A DNA stretch of 64,000 nucleotides, from the NCBI GenBank assembly GCA_024704765.1, contig JAKMXF010000312.1, forward strand, positions 248,001-312,000. The letters run 5' to 3'. Every line of letters begins with the position of its first letter. The stretch's first letter is position 1. Made by a program: the position numbers and the translations under genes. Below, one piece after another: positions 1 to 14,000 of this stretch. Source of the stretch: Oopsacas minuta. Its lineage: Eukaryota > Animalia > Porifera. The notes beneath the pieces are model-generated. The model searched no databases. It saw only the letters and a program-made list of their open reading frames with translations, and was not told the origin of the DNA.

Positions 1-82
1 TTTTCCTCCATTTCTACAGACCCCGTTTGTGGAGCACTGTTCTCTGCCTCGTGTTTTCTGGCCTTTGATATTTGTTATTTAG

Positions 83-1637
83 CAAACAGTACAGTCTTGT
101 GCAGATGAAGTTAGCTTGTTAGAAGAGATAGGACAAGATGGAATCGTTAGTTTATGAATATATATATTTATTTGATTATTATTATTTATGGAATTCCTAG
201 TTCGGCGGACCGATACACTTACAAACAGATCAAGAATCTGCGGACGAACAGACAGGTATAGCTAATTGTAGTGTATGTTACTTTGACATTTGGGGATCAT
301 ATTTATACATTTTCACACCTCGATATAAGCGGGTGTTTCGATATATTCGTGTTCTACATAACAGGAGGTGACTGTTAAGATTCTGTATAGATTTATCACT
401 CACATTAATGATACTAATTATAGATATTCCTGAATACATGACGCCTCAAATGCTTCCTCCAGCTAAGCCTACTGGGTTCATAGATGCTCCCAAATTGGAG
501 TACTTAGAGCAAGAGGTTGGTAGAGTTAGTACTCTAGAGGAGACTATAGCCTCACTCATGGAACAGCTAGATATAGCGAATAGTGAGTGTGATGATTTGC
601 ACTCTGAATTATTCACTAGCAGAGCACAGGTTGTTATTATATATTTTTTTGTTTGTCCCCTTCTGTCATCAGTAAATCGCCAAGGGTGAATGGACCAGTT
701 TAATTGGTTGTTTACTTGTTTGTTTACTTGTTTACTAGGTCAAATTGAAAGAGAAAGAGTGTGTAGAGATGAGAGATAAATTATTAGAATTAGATACAGA
801 CAGAGATAGAATGAGAAATAAAATCAACAAAGCAAGAGTTAAACTATCAAAAGTTGCTAACGAAAAACAAATGTTAGAAGAAAGGTAATAAACAAACAAA
901 CAAACAAACAAACAAACAAACAAACAAATATAATTATACACACTCGTCTCTAATTAGATGTTCGTGCTACAGTAATAGTTTGGAAGAGAAGAGAGAAGAA
1001 AATTTAAGTTTAGAAAGACAGCTAATTTCACTCATCGAGCAAAAGATCGTTTTATCAGAGGAAATAGCTGCTTACGAGGTTTGTACGTATAAATTGTAAT
1101 AGCTCCTTCGATGATCACCTCCTGCCTCCCTCTCTAAGGGGTGTAGTCAAATACCAACGAGGAGTAACATATGTTTCAGTGTCATATAAGCATGTTAGGG
1201 AGTTAGTGAATAGTAAAGATCCTTAGTGTTAGACTGCTATTAATCCATAGCATAATCTCTTTACTGTATTAATTATCCAGGGTCCTATTATCTAAATTAC
1301 CGGTTCCCAATCAGTAGACTACTTTAAAACACACTCAAATGACCCCTGCTATCCTCCGCTGATGTAAAGTAATACTGTATTGAATTTGAATTAGAGACAA
1401 TTTGAAACTGACATATATTCTGGAGCTAAAAGTCCCAGAGTTCCCTTCCCCTCTCCCCTCTCGTGTCCTATCCTATATACACACAGCATAACTCAACTTA
1501 GATATGCTAAATTCATAAATATATTTGTTTGTTTGTTTGTTGTTTAGATTGATGTAAGCTGTCTCCTAAAATCAAACATAAACAAGAAGTTGCAAACAGA
1601 AGAACACAAGCCTAGAAAAATTAAATGGTTTTCCTAG
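83..1637 (+). CDS. 3' part of a multi-exon coiled-coil protein, BICD-related cargo adaptor-like (BICDL1/2)
   Basis: Phase-consistent GT-AG exons 83-145, 201-255, 424-629, 739-884, 973-1078, 1548-1637 (TAG). The C-terminus RQLISLIEQKIVLSEEIAAYEIDVSCLL resembles the BICDR C-terminal coiled coil. The gene starts before the window. Confidence 0.6.
279..374 (-). mobile_element. Half copy of TA-flanked MITE family A
   Basis: The reverse complement (CAGTCACCTCCTGTTATG...CCCGCTTATATCGAGGTGTGAAA) matches the left half of 18578-18744. Lies in an intron. Confidence 0.7.
889..928 (+). repeat. (CAAA)n microsatellite
   Basis: About 10 tandem CAAA units directly after a splice donor. Confidence 0.95.
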
Positions 1638-2255
1638 CAACGGTACCGTATATTTGGAATTTAATTATATTAGTATTTTTGTTTTCATATCCAGCTGTTA
1701 CCATTTATACAACATATACGTATAGATATCCTCAACTGGTATTTGATCGGTTAAAGACAGTGACGTCATGGAAAGAGGGCATAATAGGATTGCCAGATTT
1801 TCAAAAGTACAAACCAGGGACAAATTTCTTACTGACAATCAGCGTTTGGTTTTGGGGGGTGGGAGTACGGCGCGTTGCTACTTCTTTTCTCGGGGGCTGT
1901 TCTCACCGCGGTTTCTAAGAAAACTATAACTAACTAAGGACTAGTAGACCTTACAACGCGGACAATTATTAGAAATATTCCACAATATAAGCAATTTGAT
2001 TCTTTAACAAACTATAACAGATCATAGTATAATTGAGTCAACACCTTTATTCCACTTAATCGGGCTAAGATGGACTGGTAGAGTCTACTTTATGCCACTT
2101 AACACTATACATAAATCCATTTCTGAATTGTAATTCTATCTGTTAATACAAATGACTATTGAGTATAATTAGATTCATATAAAAGCACTGTATGTATTGT
2201 GTTAGGTATATTGATAGAGTTAAAAGTTATAGAATATACGTTTGAGTTAAGAGTT

Positions 2256-3511
2256 ATGGCGACACGAGTAGCAGCTGTAGGAGAACTGATGTGTGTAGAT
2301 GAGTTAGAGATGAATCTAACAGATCTGACTAACCACGTGCAGATAGAGAAAGAGAAAGTGAGTAAATAACTTCCAGCAGTTACACAGTCTGTTAGTAGTG
2401 AGGGAGCACAGTCTGTTACAAGAGATGGATGAGGTTGTTATGAGAGCGAGACAAGAGTTCAATGAGAAGAGAGAGAACCTCCAGGAACTGTACAAAGCTA
2501 GAGAAGGACTACAGAGAGACCTGACAAGGAAAAATTGAGGAAAGTACTCGAGAAGAATCTACGGACGATAGAAGATGAGATCGGAGACGAGGTAGCAAGG
2601 AGTGTGAATGTGGGGTGGGTCGAGTTGGACTGGAAGATGGAACAGCTGGAACAATCAGTGATTGATGTGTGTAAGGTTGTGGTACTGAAGGAGAGACCTA
2701 TAACCCCAGTTGATTATTCTGTAAAATTGTGTCCTGTCTGGTCCCGAGAAGGAACAGGTTCTGGTGAGATTGCTCATCCAATGCAAATAGCAATTGACAA
2801 CGAAACACAGAATATATTTGTTGCTGATTATAACGCTAACATAATACAAGTATTCGATGGAGAAGGTAACCATCTCTACAAAATACCAACACCTCAATTG
2901 CCTGTTGGAATAGCTCTAATGAATGAATTCATTTTCGTATCTACTAAAGACGAGCTAGTAAAGATAGAAAAGTCAAGCAATGATTCTATCAAATCGGTTA
3001 AAACAGAGAGAAGAGTCTATGGAATTGATATTGATAGAAACATGAATGTTTATGGATGTGAGCTTAATAACAAATCAGTAATTGTGTTTGATAAAAATCT
3101 CAAATTCCTGAAAACAATCAAACTCAAAACTACTCAAGTTGAATCCGATACACAAACAAATAGCATAAAACTGTACGAGATAACATGTATGTCATGTTTG
3201 GTAGCTTTCCTCCTTTCCATCTACAAATATTCTCTCTAAAAGGAAAGCTAGTGAGGTGTTTGATAAAAGAAAGTGAGATAAGTTGGAGTAATTTCTTCTC
3301 AATTGATCAACTGGGGAATATTATCGTAGCGGATTGTTTAGGAAATCAAATCAAGATATTCTCCAATAAAGGAGAAGTCCTACACACTATCAGTAGTGAT
3401 ATGCCACCAGGAGATCAGAAGCTCTATTATCCCTTTGGAGTATCTATTGACAAGAAGAATAGAATTATTATAGCTCAAATGAACAAGAAGTGTAACCTCC
3501 TAGCTTTCTGA
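2256..3511 (+). pseudogene. Coiled-coil + NHL-repeat protein, copy 1, frame-disrupted (pseudogene or consensus errors)
   Basis: Collinear with copies 2-4 from MATRVAAVG to CNLLAF*. Three 1-nt indels: extra A near 2365 (giving TAA at 2367-2369), missing base in the A run 2530-2534, missing G near 3179. Confidence 0.85.
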
Positions 3512-5036
3512 ATATTCATCCCCCCTTTCTTATCGAATAAACAATTGTTTATTTGTGTTACTTTCTTGTTTTGTTATTTATTGAGTGTTTATTTATCTTT
3601 TGTTAATTAATATTTACAAATAACATTCTGTCACCAAGAAAGAATAATTCTAAAAAATTCAAATTCCATTATTCTAGTCTCCATAGCAACCAAATGAATG
3701 CTGATAATATTCATATTTGTTTTGAACAACAGAATTCACCTCGAAACCACAACTATGCTTTTATTGTGTGTTTATTGAAAGATTGACGCAATGTATACAA
3801 TGGAATGTACTTGTAACGGACAAAAACGAAAATACTTAAATCCCATTTAGATAATAATAATTAATAAAACTGTCTGAAAAGTTCGCTACAAGTTTGATAA
3901 TTATGAAAGAGGTTTTGGCTTGTCAGATAAAATACAGAATTTTAACTCCCACAGATTGAGGGAAAGTATTTTGTTATAATTATATAACAAGTGATAGTTT
4001 AATATTCAAATGTAGTATACTGGATTTCACAGCTGATTAATGTATTCATATTTGCATATCCTTTTTAGAACTTATGAATTCTTCAATTTTTATGTTCCCC
4101 TCCCATTTCACCACGATATGTACCTCATGTGACCTTCACCAAATTATCAGCTAAATTTTATTGTCGTCACTACAAACTTTGAATTCATAATTACGATAAT
4201 CAAAGAAAGATGTAAATTCCTGCTTTTATTTATGAAAATACTCCACATTCATAGTTTATACTCTAACAACGAACGATGTCAATTGGAATGCACAACATCC
4301 CGTATCACATTCCTCACCCTACCCTCTCTATTCATTATCCGTCTTGCTTGGCTGGACAGACGAAGCAAAAATTGTAAGCAAAGAAGCCTTCAATTCTCTA
4401 CAATCCTCTGTGTCGTATAAATGCGAGTAATAGGCCTTGCATTGAAAAGTATGGTGAGATCCTATTGGTTGAAATAGGCTTAGATAACTATAAATAGAGA
4501 ATCAGTTCATTTTGTAGAAAAGTATTGAATTTGTTCTAAGTTATTTCTCGAAGCGTTACCTTTTATTTGTGTGCATCATTTGCTTTGTTATTGTTTTTGT
4601 TAGTCTTTTGGAGACTAATGATTTTGTGATTTGTCTTCTTCAAAATGCGCTCAAGTTTTCAAGAATTATTTTCGAGGTATTTTTATGGAACTTTATTTTT
4701 GCTCGATTTGTGCTAATTCTGGTCGGCATTCATCTGATTTTTTTTGTTTATAGCATTTACGAAACGACGTCCTCTTGATTTTCAGTGCGTTCTGAATTTT
4801 CAGGTTGAATTTCAGTAATGCGTTCTAAAACGGAGATAATCCACATTCTATTACTTGAATAATTGTTTCATATATTCTCTGCGATGTTTCCCTCGATTTA
4901 TTTCAGTTTTTAAGGTATTTTGTATTATTTTCCCCCACAAAAATGCAAAAAACCCTTTCAATCGCTTTACTAATATTGAAATTTATCCAATTATCAATTC
5001 CCCAAACTTCATTTATCTTCTCCGGTTTATAGATTT

Positions 5037-8000
5037 ATGAATAAAGGTGCGGGTAACTGTTTTTGCTCGAAGAAAGAATTGGACGAATCTGGAGTTCATA
5101 ACTGTGATTCTAACAACCAATTGACTGGAATCTTCAAAATGATTTCCAACCCAAGCCCGAGCTCTAGTCCATGTCGGAAGAAAACTGAAACAGAGAATCG
5201 GCGGCCGAGTGACGAAGAGAACTTTTGTCCTACAGGTAACAACCACCATCTTACTTCTAACAAGAAACAATCAAAATTAAAGAATTCTAAACCAAACGAG
5301 TTTTTGAAGGCCAAAAAAATGAAAATAACGGAAGATGATTCTTCTCCAAATGTAAGTTTTATTCCTTTCTATTCGTTCCATATGAAATCGATTTCAAATT
5401 GCTTCTTACACATAAATACCAGAAAAAGTCTTAACATTTGATTTTGTTATGTCCCTAAATGCTAAATGTATTCCCAAAGGATCATCGTAAGAAGCGAGAT
5501 AAGACAACAAACGGAGTAACACCGGACACTATCCCAAGAAGAATATCTCCTTCTAATCGACACAGGAGGTCTGGGTCTCTGGATGGAAATTGTGTCAGGA
5601 AGAACAAAGACAAGAAACCGCTTCAAAACGGCGATGTTACACGAACACTCACCCACTCGATTAATTCACAAAACTTGCATGTAAGTTTTTTCTGTTTCTG
5701 TAGCTATTATCACTCCATTTTAAATAATTTGAAATCATATGAGGCTTATGTCACATAATGAATATGAAATGATTCCCCCTACACACAAACAACACCCTAT
5801 TTTATGAAACCAATTGATTGGGTATATTTCAGGTCACACAAGAACCCAGATGTCTTATGAAGTCATGTCCCACACTTAGACCAACACCATCTCCTTCCCC
5901 TGATCTACCACCTAAACACCCTTCACACCTCTCTAAACTGAACCATAATCACAGACACAGACAAAATGGGATCGTCCTCAGTCGAGAACCTAGTCCGCTA
6001 CCCAATGGTGACCACAACCTGGACGATAATAATACTCAGGTTACATTCTTATTAACCTAATAGGTTGCCATGGCATTTCATATCACAAAATATGAAATAG
6101 AAATTAGTAAATTCGCTATAACATTCGAATCTAAGTTTTATTATTTGCCAAACCAAATTCTGATAATTGTGTCTACCATAGAGTGATAATTAAATTAATA
6201 ACAGAACTGAAGAGGAATTAACTTAGGTGCAAACACGTTTAAGCCTGTTATTCTAATACTCAGTTATTACTCTAACTACTGCATAGAATGTCCAAACATT
6301 AGGGAGACTATTGCTAATATCACACCATGCATCCAATGATCCTCCCTCAAACATATTGCCACCACCCATTGCATATAAGCCACTATCTTAAGTAAGCTGG
6401 TACTGATTGACCTGAAACTTGATCCTCAAGCTGTAATACATTAGCATGACCATATCAATGTACTCTGTACCGGTGAATGTTAGGAATCTTAACTTCTCTC
6501 ATTCAAAGATTTACATAATTGATTGTTTGTTTTAAACTGCAATATTTCTTGGGCAAATACATAAATATTATTGTCATTTACAGACACAGCCGTTAAATCG
6601 GACCGTTACGAGAAAATTTTGTTCGATTAACAGTTGTTGTCGACTGTACATCAATGAGTAAAATAACAAAAGGCTCGTTGGCTAAGAATAGAAATAATAA
6701 TGATATGTGTTTAGGTATCAGATGAGGTAGTAAGCACTGATAGAGATACAAAGCTGAAGGAACAGAAGACAGTTGACATCAGGAGAGTAGTGCTATCTAT
6801 CAAGAAACGTAGTATACCTGTTACACCGCTCATACAGAAAATATACTCTGAGAATAAAGTGAGATATTTTATTTCTAATTGTCATAACTCCTCAGTCCGG
6901 ACTGAGGTAGGGATTAACTAATTTTGCCCCAATTGCTAGGTATGACACTTTATTGTCAAGATAAGGGAAGTTCAACCTGAAGGACAACCTTTTTTGCTAA
7001 GTATTAAATACGTACGTGCTAATATATAAACTCAAACTATCTCATCCTTTTACTTGAATCTATTTTACTAATTTGCATAACTCCCTAATCCCCCCTATTC
7101 AGCTATCATATATTTAGCCAATAGAAGATCTCCATATGTATTCCTAGGACTGGATTAAAATGCTTTTCTAATTATAACCTGTGAATCTATAATTACTACT
7201 TTTTTGGCTTTGATAATAATACAATATTAATTACGTTTACAAAATGATGTCAACCATTAATTACACGTGATACTCATATTGGTAGCTCCCCAACCCGAGG
7301 AACTTAAGTTGCCTTATATGTCTCACAGAATTGCAATGTGTTTCGTACAATTTAGTATTATATACTATATCCAATTTATCGCCAAGGACACACCTTATAT
7401 ACAGAGTAATTCAGCATAATGCTATCTACAGTATGGTTTAATATTATAATAAGATTGCACTAATCCATTGACGTCATCTTACATATAATATACTATCCTG
7501 AAACTAATATCCAATTTATTGTCTAATTATTTCTTAGAAAATAGTTGAATCAGTCACATCACATGATCTACTACAGACCTCGAATAATGTAAGTTGTACA
7601 CTGCATAACAACCGAATCTATGCTTTGGTATGCGCATTAACATACGGGTTCTTGTGTCGTTCAACTTAGATACAAAATTGACTGGGAAGCAGTATGAACT
7701 AAATGAATGGCTTGAATTGGCTGTAACAGTTCATTTCTTATTCAACTAATAATTATCTCATTTATGATCGTAATGATATTACAATTCTCCCGTTATGTAA
7801 ATTTTATAATATTCAAGGTGTATTTCTGGTCAAAACATAAACTGTCCCCCCTAAACACTAAACAGGGAGTACCATGTTTGGCCATATCCCCTGCTCCTTG
7901 TTACAGCTTAATTTTAACAATCTATCTTATAGATGACGTACAGACAGCCATGTGAATCTCCAAGATATTACAACAGTATTTTTAGGTACCAATAAATCTA

Positions 8001-11000
8001 ATACTTATGCTTTACCTCATTTATAAAATTCACTGCCAATGATTCAATGCGGACACCTATATTATCATGAAGTGTACGTAACATTACTGTTGCGATATAA
8101 ACAGATTGCTTTTCACATCCTTACGCCATGATTAGTGCTATTAATATGAATTATAGAAATATTATTCAGAGAATCATACCACCACTGTATTATCCACTAA
8201 AAGGATATTTATTATTTATTATGGCTACATAAATATCAGTTTATTGTTGTTTGTTTAGTTACAAGCAAAAGAGACCGCAATTTATAAAGCTACTCCAAAA
8301 CAGATTGTTGAAACAGTATAAAAAGGTAAATATTCATAATTATTTATTTATTTATTTCGTATACACATATGACAATTCTTAATAACTCGATAGGAATGTT
8401 TGCTTTGTGTTGAACAAGATAATCTACAAGAGAAATGGGAAGCTTCTTTACAGGAGTGTAATGAGTGTGAAAACAAGAAACTCGTACACAACAGAACTAG
8501 AGATCAGTACGAGAGATTCTATCCTGAGATTAAGAGACAGAGAGAGCAAGAGAGAATTGCCAAGTAAGTAGCTATAACATTTCCATTATTCTAACAGATA
8601 CATATTTCAATTTACCCTAATACCAAAGATAGTACGTCAGTAGTAGTTTATCTACTCGTTGTAAACTGATACTCTAATCACGTGGCTATTGAGACATGAA
8701 ATTTATTCCTCTAACCCATTATTTGATGTCTGATGATTATTTGTAGCGCAACTGATAGCTAGATTAGTCTCTAAATTGCACTGCTGGACAAATAAACAAT
8801 AATACCGTATTTGGATGATCACACCATTTGAGGATATGTTCCACTGTAAATTGTTCCCATAGTGAATAGAAATACGAAAAGTTGTAAGATCCATGTATTT
8901 ATAAAATATCTGTATATAGATCAATTGGAGAAAGTGAAGTATGTGAAGACAGCTCTCTAGAAAGACATGAAAGCGTAGCTGCCGTAATTCCAGCAATGGT
9001 AACTGACAACAAAGAGAGAGATATTCGTTTCAAATCTCGGAATGGTAAGTTCAGCGATCATTTATTAATCCACAGGATAATCCAGTTAATATCTCCTCTC
9101 CTCTTCATGTTAGGCTATATAGAAGATATCACAAATTTTACTGAGAAAATAAAATCAACAAACATCTGGACAGAGAATGAGAAAATGATATTCAAAGATA
9201 AGATGTATCAATATCCTAAAAACTTTGAGCTAATAGCCAGCTATTTACCAAACAAAGTAAGACCGATAATATGTAACAACAATTGTTTGTGTTTGTATTA
9301 TAGTATTTATTGTTTGTTTCTTGTAGTCAGTAGCTGATTGTATTGAGTACTATTATTTGAACAAGAAACATATAAATTTCAAACATTCCAGAGGGTCTAA
9401 TGTGAAGAGAAGGAAGAACAGACTCCAACCTAAGGTTAGCTAATAATCTAATCAGCTGATGATATAAATTATTCTGTAATATATTCCTTCAAGTTAGATT
9501 CAATAAATTCTTACAACTTCATTAATTGGGACAATATACATACAACTTATCTATAACCTGGGTTTCGTATTCTCAACCTTATAGTAACGTGAATATGGAG
9601 AAATTCGATCATGACAGCATCATGAAGTATTATGGATATTACAAATACATTATAATACCAATACGTACTCCCTTTAGGCTCTATACTTGTACGTAAAGCC
9701 TAGAGGCACTTCTATGACGTCACCGGATCAGTCATCAAGTCTTAGACAAAGACGTTCTCCAGGTTAGTTAGTAATAGTATAATGAACTGTTATAATTAAC
9801 TGATCCTCACAAAATGAATAAAATAACAATACACACACACACAAACAGACCTAACTAGTAGCTACTGTTAGAATAGTTCTAAGAGATCAGGTTGCTAGAA
9901 GGAAAATCCTCCTGATGGGAGGTTAGAATTTGCAGAGAACTCATACACATTCCCTTGTTCAGATACTTGTGGTACTATGGCTTGCTCTTCTGATCCATCT
10001 TCTGAGAAATATTTGTCTATAATACTCAACGCCATTTGATACACATTCTCTGAGGCGTGTTTCTGTAGCTGTTCTATCTTGTCTAGTCCATCTGCTTCCT
10101 CGATTAGTCTACAAAGCCCTGTGTTATACTCACATATACTTTAATTCTAATTTTGTCAGAAATCTCACTCAAATATCGAGTAATACAGTGGAGTTCCCTT
10201 GGTAATACGTCAACTTACTATTAGGCGAACACAACTGTATACCACGAATATTTGCTGGAATAACTAAGGATTACAAATTCTCTGATAATAATACCTGCAT
10301 ATGTCTAGTGTTTGATTTACAGTATCAGCTGCCTTTAGTATATTAGCCAAGGCTTCTAGTATCACAATAAGTACATCTGCATCTTTGCTAGTTAACAGAT
10401 CACATAGCGGGGGTATTACACCACAGAACACTAATAGAGATATCTGTTCTATAGTCCCCCCAGCTGTTAGATTAGTCACTGCCCAAACTGCTTCTTTCTG
10501 AGCTTTGAAGTCTCCATTTGTAAGAATCTTAACTATTAATGGAACGATTCCCTCGTCTATAACTGCTTGTATCTGTGAGACTAGACCTGCGTAATTGATG
10601 TAATCATTACTGTCATTGGGGGTAATTTAATAGTTCTGCATACGATTAGATATTACTAGCTAGAACCACGAGGCCATTAACGGCCATCTTTGATGATGTT
10701 ATCGTTACCCACGACTGTCCGAGCTTTAAATAATTATAATTATAAGGAATAATAGCTAGCACATATATATTAGCTGTTAATAGGATTCTAAGGCTATTGC
10801 GTATTATGTCCTTGTATGGGAATATTAATAGAATCTATAAGAGTTGTATGATAGGCTTCAGTAGTTTCACACCTGTATTAGAGCAGATGTTAATTGATTC
10901 AGCTTAATCAAGTCAAAATGGCCTACTTGTATGCTAAACCATGGATAAATTGGTAGCTATTAATTACTAACTAACCAGCTGTTATATTGGATATAGTCCA

Positions 11001-14000
11001 TGCTGCTTCCTTCTGAATACTCATCTTATGATGCTGCATTAGACTAGGAAAGTTCTTGAGTAACCCAGAGTCAATCACCCTCTGAGTCTGCTCATCATCT
11101 CCTGTCACGATATTCCCTACAGTTCTGAGTGCTGGAGTTACAACACTAACTACACTACACTTCAGTAATGTGTCTAGTCGTGTGAATAATTTCTCTCTGT
11201 AGTCTATCACGAGTTGTATACGGTCTTCTGTCCCGTCTGTTATGTAGCTCAGACCCCAGCAAGCGTCCGTCACTACCTCCTTGTCTTCATGATACACCAA
11301 CTCGATTAGACTATTAAAAATATTTGAGTAGAAATTTGGTTGTTATGATCAACTATTTCTAATATTTTTCTTAGCCTAATAACCTCTAAAAACCATAAAT
11401 ACCAATTCACCCTTCCTGTATCTATGATCTATAAATAGCTTACACAGGTAATAGTTGTTTGACAGCATCTATTGGAGTAGGAGGCGTTTTGTTACGACAG
11501 AGATTGGAGAGTACCCAGGTTATATTACGGACAAACCCAATGTTTGAGTTTTGTTTAGCTAGAATCAGGAGAGGAGGGATTATCCCGCATTTGATTGTCA
11601 GGTTACGACACTCAGGTCCATCTCCTAGAGAGGTAAAATGTGTGAATTTACCACATCTAAATATTTATAGAATACTAACCACATATGTTGCCTAGAGCCC
11701 ATACAGCCTGTTCACAAATATTTGTTTGGGGACTTGAGAGAAGTTCAATAAATAGCGGAACAGATCCTGATTCTACAATTACACGAGTCTGCTCAGACGA
11801 TCCACTAGCTATGTTAGTCAGAGCCCAGGCAGCTTCAAACTGTATCTTCTGGTCCTGGGATAGCTGTAGGTATTTCATTAGGTGAGGTACTATCCCTGCG
11901 TTTATTACCATCTCTATCGGGGGCTGTCTCTCCTTAGATAAGATCCTACGGACGGCCTGGACAGCTGCAAACTGTACGTCTCTATCTTGACTCTGTAGTT
12001 TGGATAAAATATCCGCGGGATTGAAAGTTGACGTGGGTACAGGTCCCCCTGTCACTCCAAAATCTCCCTCGTCCTCTGTGACTTGTCGTCTCTTCAGTAG
12101 CTGATCTTCCTTACGTGCTTTCCTTAGCTCCACATTAACCTATAATAGCACTAATCTGATAAATATAAATACAGTACTCTGCCTAATAGAGTAAACCTCG
12201 TATATCGGGAATAAATGGCCTGGTCCTGGTGTTACCCTTATTAATCAGAGTCTATTATAATAGTTTATTGAAACCGACCTCATTCCTCCGTCTCCTGTTT
12301 TCTTCTTCGTCCCTTTTCCCTCCATTCTTGAAATTCCTAATCCTGCCTTGTTCTGTCATCTCAAATATTCTACAAATCTCTAACCTATCTCTTCTATAAG
12401 TACACACAGTATAAGCATAGTTCCTAACAGTACATTCAATTGTGTTTGCAAACTAGTAAGAGATGGAATTTTATTGAATATTAAATTATTATAGTTACGT
12501 ATAAACTATTATTTCTTATCTTCTTTATCGCTCCTATGCTCCTTGTCTTTGGGATCTTCAGTTTTCTCCTGATCTGTCCCGAGATGATCATCCATTAGAT
12601 CATCTAAGTTTAGTCCTACCTCCTTGATAGCTTCTCTCAAACAAACTTGATATTTGGAGAAGAGCTCTCCACAAGCTCCGTCATGATCTCTATCTCCCTG
12701 TAGGAATTTCTCTTGTAGCCATTTATTGAAACAGGAATCATATGCTTGCTTCAATTCAGTGCATTTATCGCTAATACTATCCATATTTACTAGCTAATAG
12801 CACATGTCAATATTTTATACATATATCATTCCTTATACCACGATACTGATTATTTCATGCATTTTGTGTGTCGAAACTCTCACGAATATCTGTCCCTGGA
12901 ATTATATTCTAAAATCCAGCGATACACAAGTAATTCTATCTGATTTGTAGACATAAGTATTTGAGTGTGCGATAGGAATTACAACAATTTGTTACTTTCG
13001 AATAACAACGAAACTTCCACACTTTTTAACACTTTTCCATCTAGACTCATCAAACAACAAATCTTGCAATTCTGCCTATTAACTAACACAATGTAATCTC
13101 TAATTACTTTTCTTAATTAAATGGCGTAATATTGTAACCTGTGTATGGCAACAGCAAGGAATGTGTGGGTTGTTACAACTAACATCATTGTGTGTAGGAT
13201 TTGCATCATCTCTAATTAATTATTGAAGCCATTATTATTATTAAAATTATTATTTAGATTGGACGCCAGATGAAGTCGAAAAACTTAGGACAGCTTTGCT
13301 GCAACACGGAAAATCTTGGAACAAGATCCAGCAAGTGGTAGGGAAGCCTCATCTACAGTGTAAGATGTTCTATAATGATTTTAGCTCAATCGAGGAGTAT
13401 GGATTACAACAAGCACTGGAAGAGAGATACAAGAGAAAGGTAAACATCATTTATATACGCACACATACCTAATTAGAATAATTAATTTAGTTCCATTTTA
13501 TAGGCAAAAGAACGTCAAGATAAATTAGCTGTTGATCCAGAAGACCCATTGCCTCTCTCAACCATCAGATGCCCAGAAGAACTCTCTGATACAGACTCTC
13601 CTCCTAGACGTCCCTCTGATCCCCTACCCCTCAAGGAGAACATTTCACACCTACTTCTACTCGAGCACTCATATCATACTCGATCTAGTCAAGCAGTTAC
13701 TAGAAAGGTGTGTCATAGTTCAGTACATGGTGGTGATCCTACTCAACTAACAGTATTATCCCCAGCAACACATACCAGACTCATGAAGGCCCTCAGAGAC
13801 TCCTGTCATTGTCGGTCCGGTCTCCCACGGGTGAGGAAGTACAGACGTAGCTCTGCTGCTGCTCTCCTACAGCCGTCTAACCATCGGAGACTTTCCTCTA
13901 GTACGGGGGGTAGTACCCTCAACAAAAGGACAACACTAGCTACAGAGAGATCCCGTGTGTCCCAAGAGAGACCATCTAGTGACACAACCCTTGAACACAC

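Noticed and set aside
1625-1918. 97-aa ORF after the BICD-like gene
   Set aside because: Overlaps the stop and 3' UTR of that gene; no recognisable motif.
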